Shown: positions 47,527 through 57,963, numbered from the stretch's first letter. The stretch is 64,000 bases of DNA from Synergistaceae bacterium (GCA_036803945.1 DAIRTK010000002.1:14854-78853), one strand, 5' to 3'. Program-made: numbers and translations. Notes: generated by a model from the letters alone, not told the origin.

Positions 47527-49401
47527 ATGAGCATACTTGAAGCAGTTAGGGACTTCAGGGGACTGCGGGGCCTGAGCGTCAGCCAGCTGAACAAACTCAG
47601 CAGCGAGTTAAGGGAAATGATTATCAGGGTCACACTTAAGAACGGCGGACATCTGGCATCTTCACTCGGTGCAGTCGATTTGACTGTAGCGCTTCTCAGG
47701 GCGTTTGATCCGGACAGAGACAAAATCATTTTTGACGTAGGACACCAGTCGTATGCTTACAAAATACTTACGGGCAGGCTTGACCGTTTTGAGACGCTCA
47801 GGACCAAAGGCGGCATAGCCGGATTTCCCAGAATGGACGAAAGCCCTTATGATTTTTTTACTACGGGCCACAGCAGCACATCCATCTCCGCTGCCATGGG
47901 TTATGCAAAAGCAAGGGACATTAACGGCCGGGACCATGAAGTGGTAGCTGTTATAGGGGACGGAGCCCTTCTTAACGGAGTCTCTTTTGAGGCGCTGAAC
48001 TGTGTTGAAAGCTCAGAAACAAAGCTGATCATAGTCCTCAACGACAACAAAATGTCAATAAGCCCTAGGATAGGCGGGATGGCCGGGCATCTTGCACGTC
48101 TTTCGGTGAACCCTACCTACCTGAAAATAAAGGATTTTATAAGGGATCAATGCCACACTTTAAAAGGCGGGGACGCCCTTGAAGATGCACTTAAAAAAAT
48201 CAAGTCTAAGCTGAAGTCCCTGCTCCTCCCTACGAATATATTTGAAGAGATGGGCATCAATTATTGGGGACCTTTTGACGGACACAACATTGAAGAGATG
48301 GAGGAGGTCTTCCGCCTTGCCAGGCATTGCAATGAACCGGTGCTCATCCATGTACTGACAAAAAAGGGCAAAGGCTGCTGCGAGGCAGAAAACGATCCCC
48401 CCTTCTTCCATGGGATAGGACCGAATACACACCTTGAAACGCAGCAGGGCAATATTGCCCCTTCGAGACCTTCATGGAGCAAAGTCATGTCTGACACACT
48501 TATTGATGCCGCGTATGCTGATCCTTATATTACAGTATGCACCGCAGCTATGGCTGACGGAACAAAACTCAACGGATTCTCGGCAAAGTTCCCTGACAGA
48601 TTCTTTGATGTCGGCATTGCTGAAGAACACATGCTCACGTTTGCCGCAGGTATGGCTGCAGGAGGAATGAAACCTGCAGTCTGTATCTACTCAACATTCC
48701 TGCAAAGAGCCATGGACCAGATAATGCATGACATATGCCTTCCAAAACTGCCCGTTCTTATTGGCATAGACAGGGCCGGACTCGTTGGGGAAGACGGGGA
48801 GACCCACCACGGCCTGCTGGATGTCCCTTGGCTCAGATCCCTGCCGGCTATCACAATAACAGCGCCGAGAGACGCTGCGGACCTCAGGTTCTTTGTGAAC
48901 AGCTGGAGGGAAATGGCATTGCCCCTTGCAGTAAGGTATCCGCGGGGAAAGGCTCCTGAAGACATAATTCCTGAGGGATGCACAAAAAGGACCCCTGCTC
49001 CCTGGGGAAAGCTTGAAGTCTTGGCAGAAGGCAAAGAAGTCTGCCTGATGGGCGTTGGAAGCACTGTTGAGCTGATGCTCCGGACAGCTGAAAAACTGCG
49101 GTCCGAAGAGGGGATATCGCCGACTGTTGTCGATCTCCGCTTTATTAAACCCCTCGATGTCGAAGGCATATCAATGGCTGCAAAAGAGCACAGGATAATC
49201 GTTACAGCTGAGGAAAACTTCCTTAACGGAGGTATCGGAAAGACAATAGCGGAGATCTTATTAAAAAGGCAGCCGGGGCTGAAGGTCATCAACATTGGCG
49301 TACCGGACAGCTACATATCTCACGCGACACGCTCTGAACAATGGATGGAGTGCGGTCTCTGCCCGGGATCGATAACTGACTCCGTAGTAAGGGCCTTATG
49401 A
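47527..49401 (+). CDS. dxs: 1-deoxy-D-xylulose-5-phosphate synthase
   Basis: GGHLASSLG, DVGHQ, GHSSTSIS, GDGA..NDN, GIAEEH and YSTFLQRA motifs. Alternative start at 47509. Confidence 0.97.
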   Translation: MSILEAVRDFRGLRGLSVSQLNKLSSELREMIIRVTLKNGGHLASSLGAVDLTVALLRAFDPDRDKIIFDVGHQSYAYKILTGRLDRFETLRTKGGIAGFPRMDESPYDFFTTGHSSTSISAAMGYAKARDINGRDHEVVAVIGDGALLNGVSFEALNCVESSETKLIIVLNDNKMSISPRIGGMAGHLARLSVNPTYLKIKDFIRDQCHTLKGGDALEDALKKIKSKLKSLLLPTNIFEEMGINYWGPFDGHNIEEMEEVFRLARHCNEPVLIHVLTKKGKGCCEAENDPPFFHGIGPNTHLETQQGNIAPSRPSWSKVMSDTLIDAAYADPYITVCTAAMADGTKLNGFSAKFPDRFFDVGIAEEHMLTFAAGMAAGGMKPAVCIYSTFLQRAMDQIMHDICLPKLPVLIGIDRAGLVGEDGETHHGLLDVPWLRSLPAITITAPRDAADLRFFVNSWREMALPLAVRYPRGKAPEDIIPEGCTKRTPAPWGKLEVLAEGKEVCLMGVGSTVELMLRTAEKLRSEEGISPTVVDLRFIKPLDVEGISMAAKEHRIIVTAEENFLNGGIGKTIAEILLKRQPGLKVINIGVPDSYISHATRSEQWMECGLCPGSITDSVVRAL

Positions 49402-50216
49402 CAAGGAAAAAAATATTAAGACTTGATAAGATGCTTGTAGAGCGGGGGATCGTTGACTCACGCACTCTTGCCCGTAACTATATCGAAGAGGGAAGGGTCA
49501 AGGTCGGAGGGATGACCGTAACAAAAACTGCTTCCATGGTCCCTTTCGACGCATCGATAACACTGGACGCTCCGGAAAGGGAATGGGTCAGCAGGGGAGC
49601 ACACAAACTCCTCAAAGGTCTGGACCATTTTCACATTGACCCTTCGGGAAAGACATGTGCAGATATAGGAGCTTCAACCGGCGGATTCACAGATGTACTT
49701 CTTTCTCGCGGAGCAAAAAAAGTTTACGCTGTTGATGTCGGCTATGGACAGCTGGCATGGAAACTGCGCAGTGACGCAAGAGTAATCGTTATGGAAAGAA
49801 CAAACGCGCGCCACCTGACTTCGGAAATGATGGGCGGGGAAAAAGCCGACATAATTGTCTCGGATGCTTCCTTCATCTCACTGAGGCTGCTTTTGAAACC
49901 TCTGGAAGAGCTGCTGAAAGATGACGGAGTCATGATAGTTTTGGTAAAGCCGCAATTTGAAGTTGGAAAAGAAAAAGTCGGCAGGGGAGTTGTCCACGAT
50001 CCATACCTGCACGAAGAGACCCTGAACGGTCTCGAATCATACATCAGTTCAGAGACCGGGCTGTGCCTCATTGACGCAACCTTCTCCCCGATAAGGGGGC
50101 CTGAGGGAAATATTGAGTTTTTATTTCTTTTGTCACCAAAGAAAGGTACAATAATGGAACATGCCGATATCGACTTCAGAAAGCTTGTCGAAGAGGCACA
50201 CGAGGCTACTCGTTAA
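49398..50216 (+). CDS. tlyA: TlyA family rRNA methyltransferase
   Basis: S4-like RLD, VSRGAHKL, DIGASTGGFTD, KPQFE and GNIEF motifs. Confidence 0.96.
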   Translation: MTRKKILRLDKMLVERGIVDSRTLARNYIEEGRVKVGGMTVTKTASMVPFDASITLDAPEREWVSRGAHKLLKGLDHFHIDPSGKTCADIGASTGGFTDVLLSRGAKKVYAVDVGYGQLAWKLRSDARVIVMERTNARHLTSEMMGGEKADIIVSDASFISLRLLLKPLEELLKDDGVMIVLVKPQFEVGKEKVGRGVVHDPYLHEETLNGLESYISSETGLCLIDATFSPIRGPEGNIEFLFLLSPKKGTIMEHADIDFRKLVEEAHEATR

Positions 50217-50231
50217 AGGCAGGGGAAGATC

Positions 50232-51113
50232 ATGCATAAAAAGAAAGTGGGACTCCTTTTCAATACGCAGAAACCGGAAGCCATCAGCCTGGCGGCCAAA
50301 CTGTACGCATGGGGAAGGGAGAGCGGGATAAATTTCATGCTGCCTCCCCATGAGGCTTCTGCTTTGAGCATACCCGAGATCCCCGACAACATCTGGAGGG
50401 ATGAAGTTTCTTTTGCTGTCATACTTGGAGGGGACGGGACCTTTCTGCGGGCAGCCAGATACACTTTTGGATACCCAATACCGCTTTACGGGATAAATCT
50501 GGGCAGACTGGGCTTCCTCGCCACAGGCGACCCTGAATGCGCGAAGGAAGATATTACTTCGATACTTGAAAACAACTATACTCTGCAGCAGAGACATCTG
50601 ATAAAGGGGCTTGTCTGGAGAGGAGACCGCGTTGTCTACGAACTGCACGCACTGAACGACCTGGTAATATCAAAGGGCAGCCTGGCAAGGGTAATTGACC
50701 TGGAAGTAAAAGTTGGTGACGAGATACTTTCACTCTTCCTGGCCGACGGACTGATCCTCTCAACCCCGACCGGATCTACCGCATATGCGCTCTCGGCGGG
50801 AGGACCGATCGTACCGCCGCATGTTCCCTGTATGCTTCTGGCCCCAATATGCGCACACACACTCTATGCCCGCCCCGTAGTCCTGAGCGGCACAGACAGG
50901 GCATACGTGACCCCCAAGGGCGACAACAGGAACCTTATCCTGACACAGGACGGACAACTCTGTTACGAACTGCTCCCGGACGACCATCTTGAAGCAATGC
51001 TTGACCCTGAGATACATATAAACATAATACAGCTCAAGGACAGAAGCTACTACGACCTTCTGAGGGAGAAGCTCCGCTGGGGGTTCAACGGCATCACAGA
51101 CGGGGGAGACTGA
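50232..51113 (+). CDS. nadK: NAD kinase
   Basis: LGGDGTFL, NLGRLGFL and DGLILSTPTGSTAYALSAGG motifs. Confidence 0.96.
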   Translation: MHKKKVGLLFNTQKPEAISLAAKLYAWGRESGINFMLPPHEASALSIPEIPDNIWRDEVSFAVILGGDGTFLRAARYTFGYPIPLYGINLGRLGFLATGDPECAKEDITSILENNYTLQQRHLIKGLVWRGDRVVYELHALNDLVISKGSLARVIDLEVKVGDEILSLFLADGLILSTPTGSTAYALSAGGPIVPPHVPCMLLAPICAHTLYARPVVLSGTDRAYVTPKGDNRNLILTQDGQLCYELLPDDHLEAMLDPEIHINIIQLKDRSYYDLLREKLRWGFNGITDGGD

Positions 51114-51115
51114 TA

Positions 51116-52816
51116 TTGATAGAAGAGATCCGCGTCCGTGGCGTCGGAGGCATTAAAGAGGCCGGATTGGCATTCAGTGAAAATTTTATTGTAATAACAG
51201 GTGAAAGCGGCTCCGGAAAGAGCAGCCTGGTTCGTGCCATGGAATTCATTGCGGGCAAGCGGGCCCAGACAAACAACATAAATGCGCTGGAAGAGTCGGC
51301 CGATGTTACTGTTACCCTTTCTTCAGAAGATCCCCTTCCCGGCCTTGGAGATGAATTCAGGCCTCAGGAGGGTACTGTCATTATCAGAAGGCAGTTCAGC
51401 CGTAATGGAAGGGGAAGGTGCACTGTACAGAATTATCCCGTCCCATTAAACCTTTTGTCATCTGCAATGGAAAACGAACTTGTGATACAGAGCCAGTTTG
51501 CCCAGCTCGGGCTGACAGACCCTGCAAAACAGCTTGACCTCGTCGATTCCTGCGGAGGAAAAGAGCTCGAACTAATAAAAAAAGACCTGGAGAAGACCTT
51601 TTACGAAGCCTTGACCGCCGAACGCAAAATCGTCAGCCTTAAAAAGGAACGCGAAGATGCCGAAGAACGCTGTCAGGATGCCGAAAACGCGATAAGGCTG
51701 ATAAAGGCCCTTGAGATCGAAGAGGACAGCGAAATCAAATGGGAAGCCGAACTTAAGGATCTTGATTCCAAAGAGAGGGAGAAAGAGTCCCTCAACATTA
51801 TCAATGAAAGATTCACCGGAGGCGCCTCGGGCGGAGGGGTGACAGGAGAGCTGGATTCGATAAGCAGAGAAATATACGCATCCTTTCCCTCAAAAGGCGG
51901 GGACTGGAAAGAAAGCATCGAAAATATGCTTATGGCTGTCCAGAAAGTATCTGCGCTGATCCAGGGAGAGATAAAGTCAATTTCGGCAGAGGGAAGCATT
52001 GATGAGGCAAGGGAACGTCTTGAAAAAAAGATGGGCCTGCTGCGAAAACTGAAGCGTTCCATAGGAGTCCTAAACTGCAGGCAGCTTCTTGAATACGCCC
52101 TTAAAGCAAAAGAAGACATGTCCTGGCTCAAAGAGAGCCGCGCAGAGCTGGAACTTATTGAATCAGAAGCTGTTTATAAGAAAAAAAGGACAAAATGCCT
52201 GGCTCTCGAGCTCCGCAGGCTCAGAAAAGCAGCCGCGGCAGAGCTTGCAGAACGAGTAAACATACATCTGGCCGATCTGGCCATGGAACACGCCCTGTTC
52301 TCCATAGAGATAGAGGAACTGGACAAACTCCGGTCAGGGGGCGCCGAAGCAGCCTCATTTAAACTGAGCATGCCTGACCAGCCTCCAATGCCGGTAGGAA
52401 GGACTGCTTCAGGAGGAGAGCTGAGCAGAATACTGGTTGCCCTTCAGCTTTCTCTCGGAGATGACCGGCTGCCGGGAACTCTGGTTTTTGATGAGGTCGA
52501 GGCAGGGTTGGGAGGCAGGACAGCCCTTCTTGCAGGGCAAAAGCTCAGGGAGCTTTCGGGACGCTGCAGAACAGTTCTGATCACGCACGAAGCGGCAATA
52601 GCATCCATGGCGGGTCAGCATTTCCTTGTGAAAAGAAATGGCGATGAGACCAGCATTTCTGAGATAGAGGGAGAAGAGAGGGAGAAAGAGATAGCTAGGA
52701 TGCTTGCAGGAAATGAAAATTCCCGGGAGGCGCTGGATCATGCGAGATCCCTTTTGTCCTCCGGCTGGAAGGAATTGAATTTTCAGAGAGGCAGCAATTC
52801 TTCTCATATTGACTAA
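51116..52816 (+). CDS. recN: DNA repair protein RecN
   Basis: ITGESGSGKS, coiled coil, ASGGELSR, FDEVEAG, ITH and EIARMLAG motifs. Confidence 0.92.
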   Translation: MIEEIRVRGVGGIKEAGLAFSENFIVITGESGSGKSSLVRAMEFIAGKRAQTNNINALEESADVTVTLSSEDPLPGLGDEFRPQEGTVIIRRQFSRNGRGRCTVQNYPVPLNLLSSAMENELVIQSQFAQLGLTDPAKQLDLVDSCGGKELELIKKDLEKTFYEALTAERKIVSLKKEREDAEERCQDAENAIRLIKALEIEEDSEIKWEAELKDLDSKEREKESLNIINERFTGGASGGGVTGELDSISREIYASFPSKGGDWKESIENMLMAVQKVSALIQGEIKSISAEGSIDEARERLEKKMGLLRKLKRSIGVLNCRQLLEYALKAKEDMSWLKESRAELELIESEAVYKKKRTKCLALELRRLRKAAAAELAERVNIHLADLAMEHALFSIEIEELDKLRSGGAEAASFKLSMPDQPPMPVGRTASGGELSRILVALQLSLGDDRLPGTLVFDEVEAGLGGRTALLAGQKLRELSGRCRTVLITHEAAIASMAGQHFLVKRNGDETSISEIEGEEREKEIARMLAGNENSREALDHARSLLSSGWKELNFQRGSNSSHID

Positions 52817-52837
52817 TACACATTTTTTCTCTATAAT
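52809..52837 (+). promoter_or_regulatory. Promoter of rplU-rpmA
   Basis: TTGACT-N17-TATAAT. Confidence 0.75.
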
Positions 52838-52919
52838 ACGCAGGTTGTAGAATGCGCTTGGTGCAGGCCATAAAAGCCATAAGGCTGCCTGACACGCAGC
52901 GGAGGGAGGAAAAACAAGT

Positions 52920-53231
52920 ATGTATGCAGTTATCGAAACAGGCGGCAAGCAATACAGGGTATCAGCCGGGGACAAACTCCGTCTTGAGAAGATCCATGAG
53001 GATGAGGGTTCCCAGGTATCCTTCGACAAGGTCATCCTTCTCGGCAAAGACGAAGGTCCGGTCATAGGCACCCCCTATGTTGAGGGTGCGGTTGTAACGG
53101 CCAGGGTCCTTGAGCACGGCAAAGATGACAAGGTCATCGTCTTCAAGTATCGCAGGAAGAAAAACTACCGCAAATTCCGCGGACACCGTCAGCAGTATAC
53201 ACTTGTCCAGGTCGACGGTATCAAAGGTTAG
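52920..53231 (+). CDS. rplU: 50S ribosomal protein L21
   Basis: MYAVIETGGKQY ... GHRQ.YT. Confidence 0.98.
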   Translation: MYAVIETGGKQYRVSAGDKLRLEKIHEDEGSQVSFDKVILLGKDEGPVIGTPYVEGAVVTARVLEHGKDDKVIVFKYRRKKNYRKFRGHRQQYTLVQVDGIKG

Positions 53232-53262
53232 AGCAGCACCCTAAAGAGGAGGTAATCAAGTT

Positions 53263-53520
53263 ATGGCACATAAAAAAGGTCAAGGAAGCAGTACTAACGG
53301 CCGGGACAGTCAGCCAAAATATCTCGGCGTAAAGCGCAGCGATGGTCAGTTTGTCAATGCAGGGACGATAATAGTGCGCCAGCGCGGAACAAAATTCCAC
53401 CCCGGGCATAACGTAGGTATCGGCCGCGACCATACACTTTTCGCCCTTGCCACAGGAAAGGTACGTTTCTTGACCAAAGCAGACCGCAAATTCGTAGCCG
53501 TAGAGCCTGAAGCTCTTTAA
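53263..53520 (+). CDS. rpmA: 50S ribosomal protein L27
   Basis: [21 protein letters not shown] and DHTLFA motifs. Confidence 0.98.
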   Translation: MAHKKGQGSSTNGRDSQPKYLGVKRSDGQFVNAGTIIVRQRGTKFHPGHNVGIGRDHTLFALATGKVRFLTKADRKFVAVEPEAL

Positions 53521-53546
53521 GCAAAACAAGTTTTGAGAACGATTCC

Positions 53547-53573
53547 GGGGGCCTTTCTAACAGGCCCCCTTTT
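53547..53573 (+). terminator. Terminator after rpmA
   Basis: GGGGGCCT-TTCTAAC-AGGCCCCC followed by TTTT. Confidence 0.75.
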
Positions 53574-53600
53574 ATAGTATTTCAGGGACGGGGTAACTTC

Positions 53601-54986
53601 ATGAAATTTATTGATTCAATGCGTCTTTCCGTAAAGGCAGGAAGAGGAGGAAACGGCTGTATGAGTTTCCTCCGTGAAAGGTTCAGGCCGAACGGGGGAC
53701 CGGACGGAGGCAACGGAGGCAGGGGAGGCAGCATAATTTTTGAAGCCACGACCAATCTGCAGACACTTGCCGATCTTGAATATCAGAGGAATATCAAGGG
53801 AAACGACGGAAGCCACGGAAAAGGCAACGCCAGAAACGGTGCCATGGGTGATGATACCGTAGTGCTTGTTCCTTGCGGAACGATAATATATGATTCAGAG
53901 ACAAACGAAGGACTCGCCGATCTCGTCGAACCCGGAGACCGTTTTGTGGCCGCCAGGGGGGGAAGGGGCGGAAGGGGAAACCGTTACTTCTCGAGTTCTG
54001 CCAGAAAAGCCCCCAGATTTTGCGAAAACGGCGACCTCGGCGAAGAGGCCGAGCTGAGGCTCGAGCTTCGCCTTATAGCCGATGTGGGGCTCGTAGGACT
54101 TCCAAACGTAGGTAAGTCAAGCATCCTTGCGGCAATATCAAATGCTCAGCCAAAGATCGCCAATTATCCGTTCACGACTCTTTCGCCCAACCTGGGAGTT
54201 CTGACTGCCGGGTATGAAAGAATCGTAATTGCAGACATTCCCGGCCTTATCGAGGGAGCCCACATGAACAAAGGGCTCGGCATACAGTTTCTAAGGCATA
54301 TAGACAGAAGCAGGCTTCTGATCCACGTACTGAGCCTTGAGTGCGGTGATTTTGACAAATTACTGGAGGAACTTGACACAGTCAGGAGCGAGATGCGCTC
54401 CTACGACCCGGACCTTGACAGACGCCCCTATTTCGTTGCGGCAAACAAGCTGGATGAGCTCGAAGATCCAAATGATCTTACAGACAGGCTGTCGGAGCAT
54501 TTCAGGTCAATGGGCGTAAGCTTCTGCGTATTAAGTGCCCTTACCGAAGAGGGAATTCCGGAACTTGTAAAGCAAATAATCGAATTCACTGAGAAACATC
54601 CGAGACCGAAGAGCGAGGTCAGACTTTACGCACTTGACACGCCAACAGAAAAAGCCTCACAGCCAAGGACCAGAAATAAGATCCAGATCATATCTCTGCA
54701 TGGAGGCGGCTACCGGATACTTCATCATCGCCTGGAAAAAGCGGTTGAGCGTTATGATCTGAGCCAGGATGAAAACGTCGCAAGGTTTACCATGCTGATG
54801 AGAAAATATAAGGTTGAAGAGCTCCTGGAGGCTGCAGGAGCAAAAGAAGGGGATCAGATAACTATAGGCTGTAAGGATTTCATTTTCTACCCCGACTACT
54901 ATCCCTCAGAGACTGAGTACCCGGATGCCCCTGATCAGGGGGAGTCCGATGAAGAAGAGGGCCGGACAGATCCGGAAAACCTATAA
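53601..54986 (+). CDS. obgE: GTPase ObgE with C-terminal extension
   Basis: Gly-rich Obg fold; GLPNVGKS, YPFTT, DIPG and NKLD motifs; C-terminal GAKEGD.I.IG. Confidence 0.97.
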   Translation: MKFIDSMRLSVKAGRGGNGCMSFLRERFRPNGGPDGGNGGRGGSIIFEATTNLQTLADLEYQRNIKGNDGSHGKGNARNGAMGDDTVVLVPCGTIIYDSETNEGLADLVEPGDRFVAARGGRGGRGNRYFSSSARKAPRFCENGDLGEEAELRLELRLIADVGLVGLPNVGKSSILAAISNAQPKIANYPFTTLSPNLGVLTAGYERIVIADIPGLIEGAHMNKGLGIQFLRHIDRSRLLIHVLSLECGDFDKLLEELDTVRSEMRSYDPDLDRRPYFVAANKLDELEDPNDLTDRLSEHFRSMGVSFCVLSALTEEGIPELVKQIIEFTEKHPRPKSEVRLYALDTPTEKASQPRTRNKIQIISLHGGGYRILHHRLEKAVERYDLSQDENVARFTMLMRKYKVEELLEAAGAKEGDQITIGCKDFIFYPDYYPSETEYPDAPDQGESDEEEGRTDPENL

Positions 54987-55001
54987 AAAAGAGGCATAAA
55001 A

Positions 55002-55619
55002 ATGTCGGAAACATACAAGAGAAGGATTGGCATCATGGGGGGTACCTTCGACCCCATACATTACGGGCATCTTAGGGCAGCAGACGAAGCGCACATTGCG
55101 TTCGGGCTTTCTGAAGTCATCTTCGTGCCGACCGGGCAGCCTCCGCATAAGGCGGGGGAGAGGGTATCATCTGCCGAAGACAGGTATATGATGACTGTTT
55201 TGGCAACAGTCGACTGTCCCTACTTTTCGGTTTCAAGGATAGAGATCGACAAGACCGGCAAGAGCTATACAATTGACACGCTGAGACGGCTGAAAGCTAT
55301 GCCTGAATACTCGGATACCGAGTTTTACTTCATAACAGGTCTGGACGCAGTGATGGACATCGTCTCATGGAAAAACCCCGAAGAAATTATGAGCTTATGT
55401 AAATTTGTAGCCGTAAGCAGGTATGGTTATACTCATAAAAGGATGGAAGAACTGCCCGAAGATCTCAGGTCAGCAATTATTTCTCTTGAAATACCACTTC
55501 TGGCAATTTCCAGCACAGGACTGAGGGAGAGGGTCAGGCTCGACAGGAGCATCAGGTTCCTTGTACCGCCCTCGGTAGAGCACTACATAAGAAAAAAGTC
55601 CCTTTACAAAGACATTTGA
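55002..55619 (+). CDS. nadD: Nicotinate-nucleotide adenylyltransferase
   Basis: GGTFDPIHYGH, SYTIDT, GLD and ISST motifs. Confidence 0.97.
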   Translation: MSETYKRRIGIMGGTFDPIHYGHLRAADEAHIAFGLSEVIFVPTGQPPHKAGERVSSAEDRYMMTVLATVDCPYFSVSRIEIDKTGKSYTIDTLRRLKAMPEYSDTEFYFITGLDAVMDIVSWKNPEEIMSLCKFVAVSRYGYTHKRMEELPEDLRSAIISLEIPLLAISSTGLRERVRLDRSIRFLVPPSVEHYIRKKSLYKDI

Positions 55620-55642
55620 TCTTCAGATGGAGGTAAAGACCC

Positions 55643-57058
55643 TTGAAACAATATAAATCAATGATAATGGTACTGATCTTCGCAGTTTTGGGGATCGCAG
55701 CAGGAGCAGGATTAAAAGTTTACTCTGTCCTGCATACCAAATCAGAGGACATACTGGGTACCATCGAGAGTTCCATAGACAGCGGAAGTGCGCAGTACAC
55801 AGCTCTGAAGGAACAGGGACGGTTCAACATCCTCATAATGGGCGAAGACGATGTTGAAGGCTCAAGGCGCTCTGATACTGTACTTTTTGCAACCATAGAC
55901 ATTGATGACAAGAACATGAGAGTGCTGTCTCTTCCAAGAGATACCAGGGTACAGATACCGGGACACGGGGTACAGAAGCTTAACCACGCATTTGCATACG
56001 GCGGTCCGGACCTCTTAAAGGCCACAGTTGAAAAATACCTTGAACAGCCGATCCTTTATTACGTAATCATCGACTATGTAAGCTTCCCTGCGGTCGTAGA
56101 CATCCTAGGGGGCGTAGAGATAGACGTTGAGAAGAAGATGCGATATGTCGACAGGGCAGGAAAGCTGGACATAAATATCCAGCCGGGGCTTCAGGAAATG
56201 GATGGCAAAACTGCATTGCACTACGTCCGCTTCAGAATGGATGCCCTGGGCGACATAGGGAGGGTACACAGGCAGCAGCAGTTCATAAAGGCCTTTCTGA
56301 AAAAAGTCTACGACCCCAGGATACTTGTGAAGATACCCGAGCTGACTTCGCAGATGATGAAGCTCTTCAAGACCGACATGTCGCCGGGACTTGCGATCCA
56401 GCTGGCAGGGTTCGCACAGAATGAGCTTGGCAGGGAAAGGATATTCTTTTCAACGCTTCATGGTCAGGCTGCAACGGTAAACAACTTAAGCTACTGGATA
56501 GGGGACACCAAATCGGCAAACGAATTCCTCAATGCACCGTTGGAAATGCTTATGTCCGGTGAGGTAAACGAAAACAGAAACACGAACAATTTTGCAGGAC
56601 TCTCCCTCTCATATTCATCTGCAGCTGATGAGACAAAAGCAAACGGAGCTGCCTCCGAAACGGCCGGTACAGAAAAAAAGAAAGAAGATACGGCGATGTC
56701 AAACGAAGAGCTGATCAGCCTGATAAGATCGATGCCCGAGTCTGTAGCAGTACTTAACGGGACAGGGAAGTCAGGTATAGGGTCAGAGGTCGCCTCAAAG
56801 CTCCAGAAGATCGGAATCGATGTCGTAATGTCAGGGAATGCAAAACATTTTGACTACAGGAGCAGCAATGTTGTATACCCGCTGAATGCCAAGCCTGAGG
56901 TAGTGAATACTGCAAAGACACTCGGAAAGCTCCTTGATATTCCGGCCGCTCTTGTAAGGTCAAACAATCAGGCCTTTTACGCTTCAATAATAATCGGGCA
57001 TGACAGCCAAAAACTTATAAGCCGCATTGACAAACTGATAGAGATAAGCAGACAATAA
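55643..57058 (+). CDS. LCP (LytR-CpsA-Psr) family protein with LytR C-terminal domain
   Basis: N-terminal TM; RSDT, SLPRD, KLNHAFAYGG and YVRFR..GDIGR..RQQ motifs; C-terminal VLNGTG.SG. Confidence 0.93.
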   Translation: MKQYKSMIMVLIFAVLGIAAGAGLKVYSVLHTKSEDILGTIESSIDSGSAQYTALKEQGRFNILIMGEDDVEGSRRSDTVLFATIDIDDKNMRVLSLPRDTRVQIPGHGVQKLNHAFAYGGPDLLKATVEKYLEQPILYYVIIDYVSFPAVVDILGGVEIDVEKKMRYVDRAGKLDINIQPGLQEMDGKTALHYVRFRMDALGDIGRVHRQQQFIKAFLKKVYDPRILVKIPELTSQMMKLFKTDMSPGLAIQLAGFAQNELGRERIFFSTLHGQAATVNNLSYWIGDTKSANEFLNAPLEMLMSGEVNENRNTNNFAGLSLSYSSAADETKANGAASETAGTEKKKEDTAMSNEELISLIRSMPESVAVLNGTGKSGIGSEVASKLQKIGIDVVMSGNAKHFDYRSSNVVYPLNAKPEVVNTAKTLGKLLDIPAALVRSNNQAFYASIIIGHDSQKLISRIDKLIEISRQ

Positions 57059-57118
57059 GGCATGCAGGAACTGACTTTACATAAACACAATAATGATGAA
57101 GGTGAGGTGTAAGCTTTA

Positions 57119-57490
57119 ATGACAGCGGCAAAGACATTCGAACAATTTTACGAACCCTACAAGCCTCTTGTAGATGCGCTGATGGAGAAGCACGCACTTG
57201 AAGTTACTGTACACGATCTAAGTGAAGTCTCGGGTTTCACGGAGGCCTTCATTGTGGCCATAGCACGCTCCGACCTTCATGCGAAAACGCTCCGGGATAC
57301 AGCCAGCGACAAGCTTGACGAGATGAAGCTGCCTCATAAGGTTGAAGGTGAGGAAAGCAGCAGATGGTGCCTGATGGATGCAGGTCACCTGGTCGTCAAT
57401 ATACTGAGCAGGGAAGGCCGTGACTACTATCGCCTTGACTCCCTATGGGGAGATGCACCCGCACTGAAATTCCAGGATCAGGACGAATGA
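57119..57490 (+). CDS. rsfS: Ribosome silencing factor RsfS
   Basis: EG....WCLMDAG.LVVNI...RDYYRLDSLW; nadD neighbourhood. Confidence 0.92.
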   Translation: MTAAKTFEQFYEPYKPLVDALMEKHALEVTVHDLSEVSGFTEAFIVAIARSDLHAKTLRDTASDKLDEMKLPHKVEGEESSRWCLMDAGHLVVNILSREGRDYYRLDSLWGDAPALKFQDQDE

Positions 57491-57506
57491 TCGGATAAAG
57501 GAAGTT

Positions 57507-57875
57507 TTGAAGATGAGCTGCGTATTTTGCGAAATAGAAGATTACATCCTAGACAATGAACTTGCTTATGCCATTTTTGACAGGACCCCTGTAAACAAGG
57601 GCCATATGCTGTTTATTACAAAAAGACACGTTGAGAACTTCTTTGAGATAACAAAAGAGGAACGCGAAGCGCTGTTCGACCTGATAGACGAAGCAAAACC
57701 CATGCTTGACCAGATATATTCGCCTGAAGGTTACAATATCGGAGTAAACTGCGGAAAAACTTCCGGCCAGTCTGTAATGCATGTGCATATACATTTGATA
57801 CCCAGGTATTCAGGGGACACCGAAGCGCCTCTTGGCGGAGTCAGAGGCGTAGTGCCGGAAAAGATGAAGTACTGA
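57507..57875 (+). CDS. HIT family hydrolase
   Basis: CVFC, GH.L, YNIGVN.G..GQ and HVHIHLIPR motifs. Confidence 0.93.
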   Translation: MKMSCVFCEIEDYILDNELAYAIFDRTPVNKGHMLFITKRHVENFFEITKEEREALFDLIDEAKPMLDQIYSPEGYNIGVNCGKTSGQSVMHVHIHLIPRYSGDTEAPLGGVRGVVPEKMKY

Positions 57876-57963
57876 TAAAATAATTAATTAATGTCTTATA
57901 ATATATCTTATGTTACCCAAATAATATAAAAAATATTTATGTCTTATAAATTTAATAACCTTC

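Noticed and set aside
49398..50216. tlyA as a haemolysin/virulence gene
   Set aside because: It sits in the standard xseB-ispA-dxs-tlyA-nadK-recN housekeeping context, consistent with an rRNA methyltransferase.
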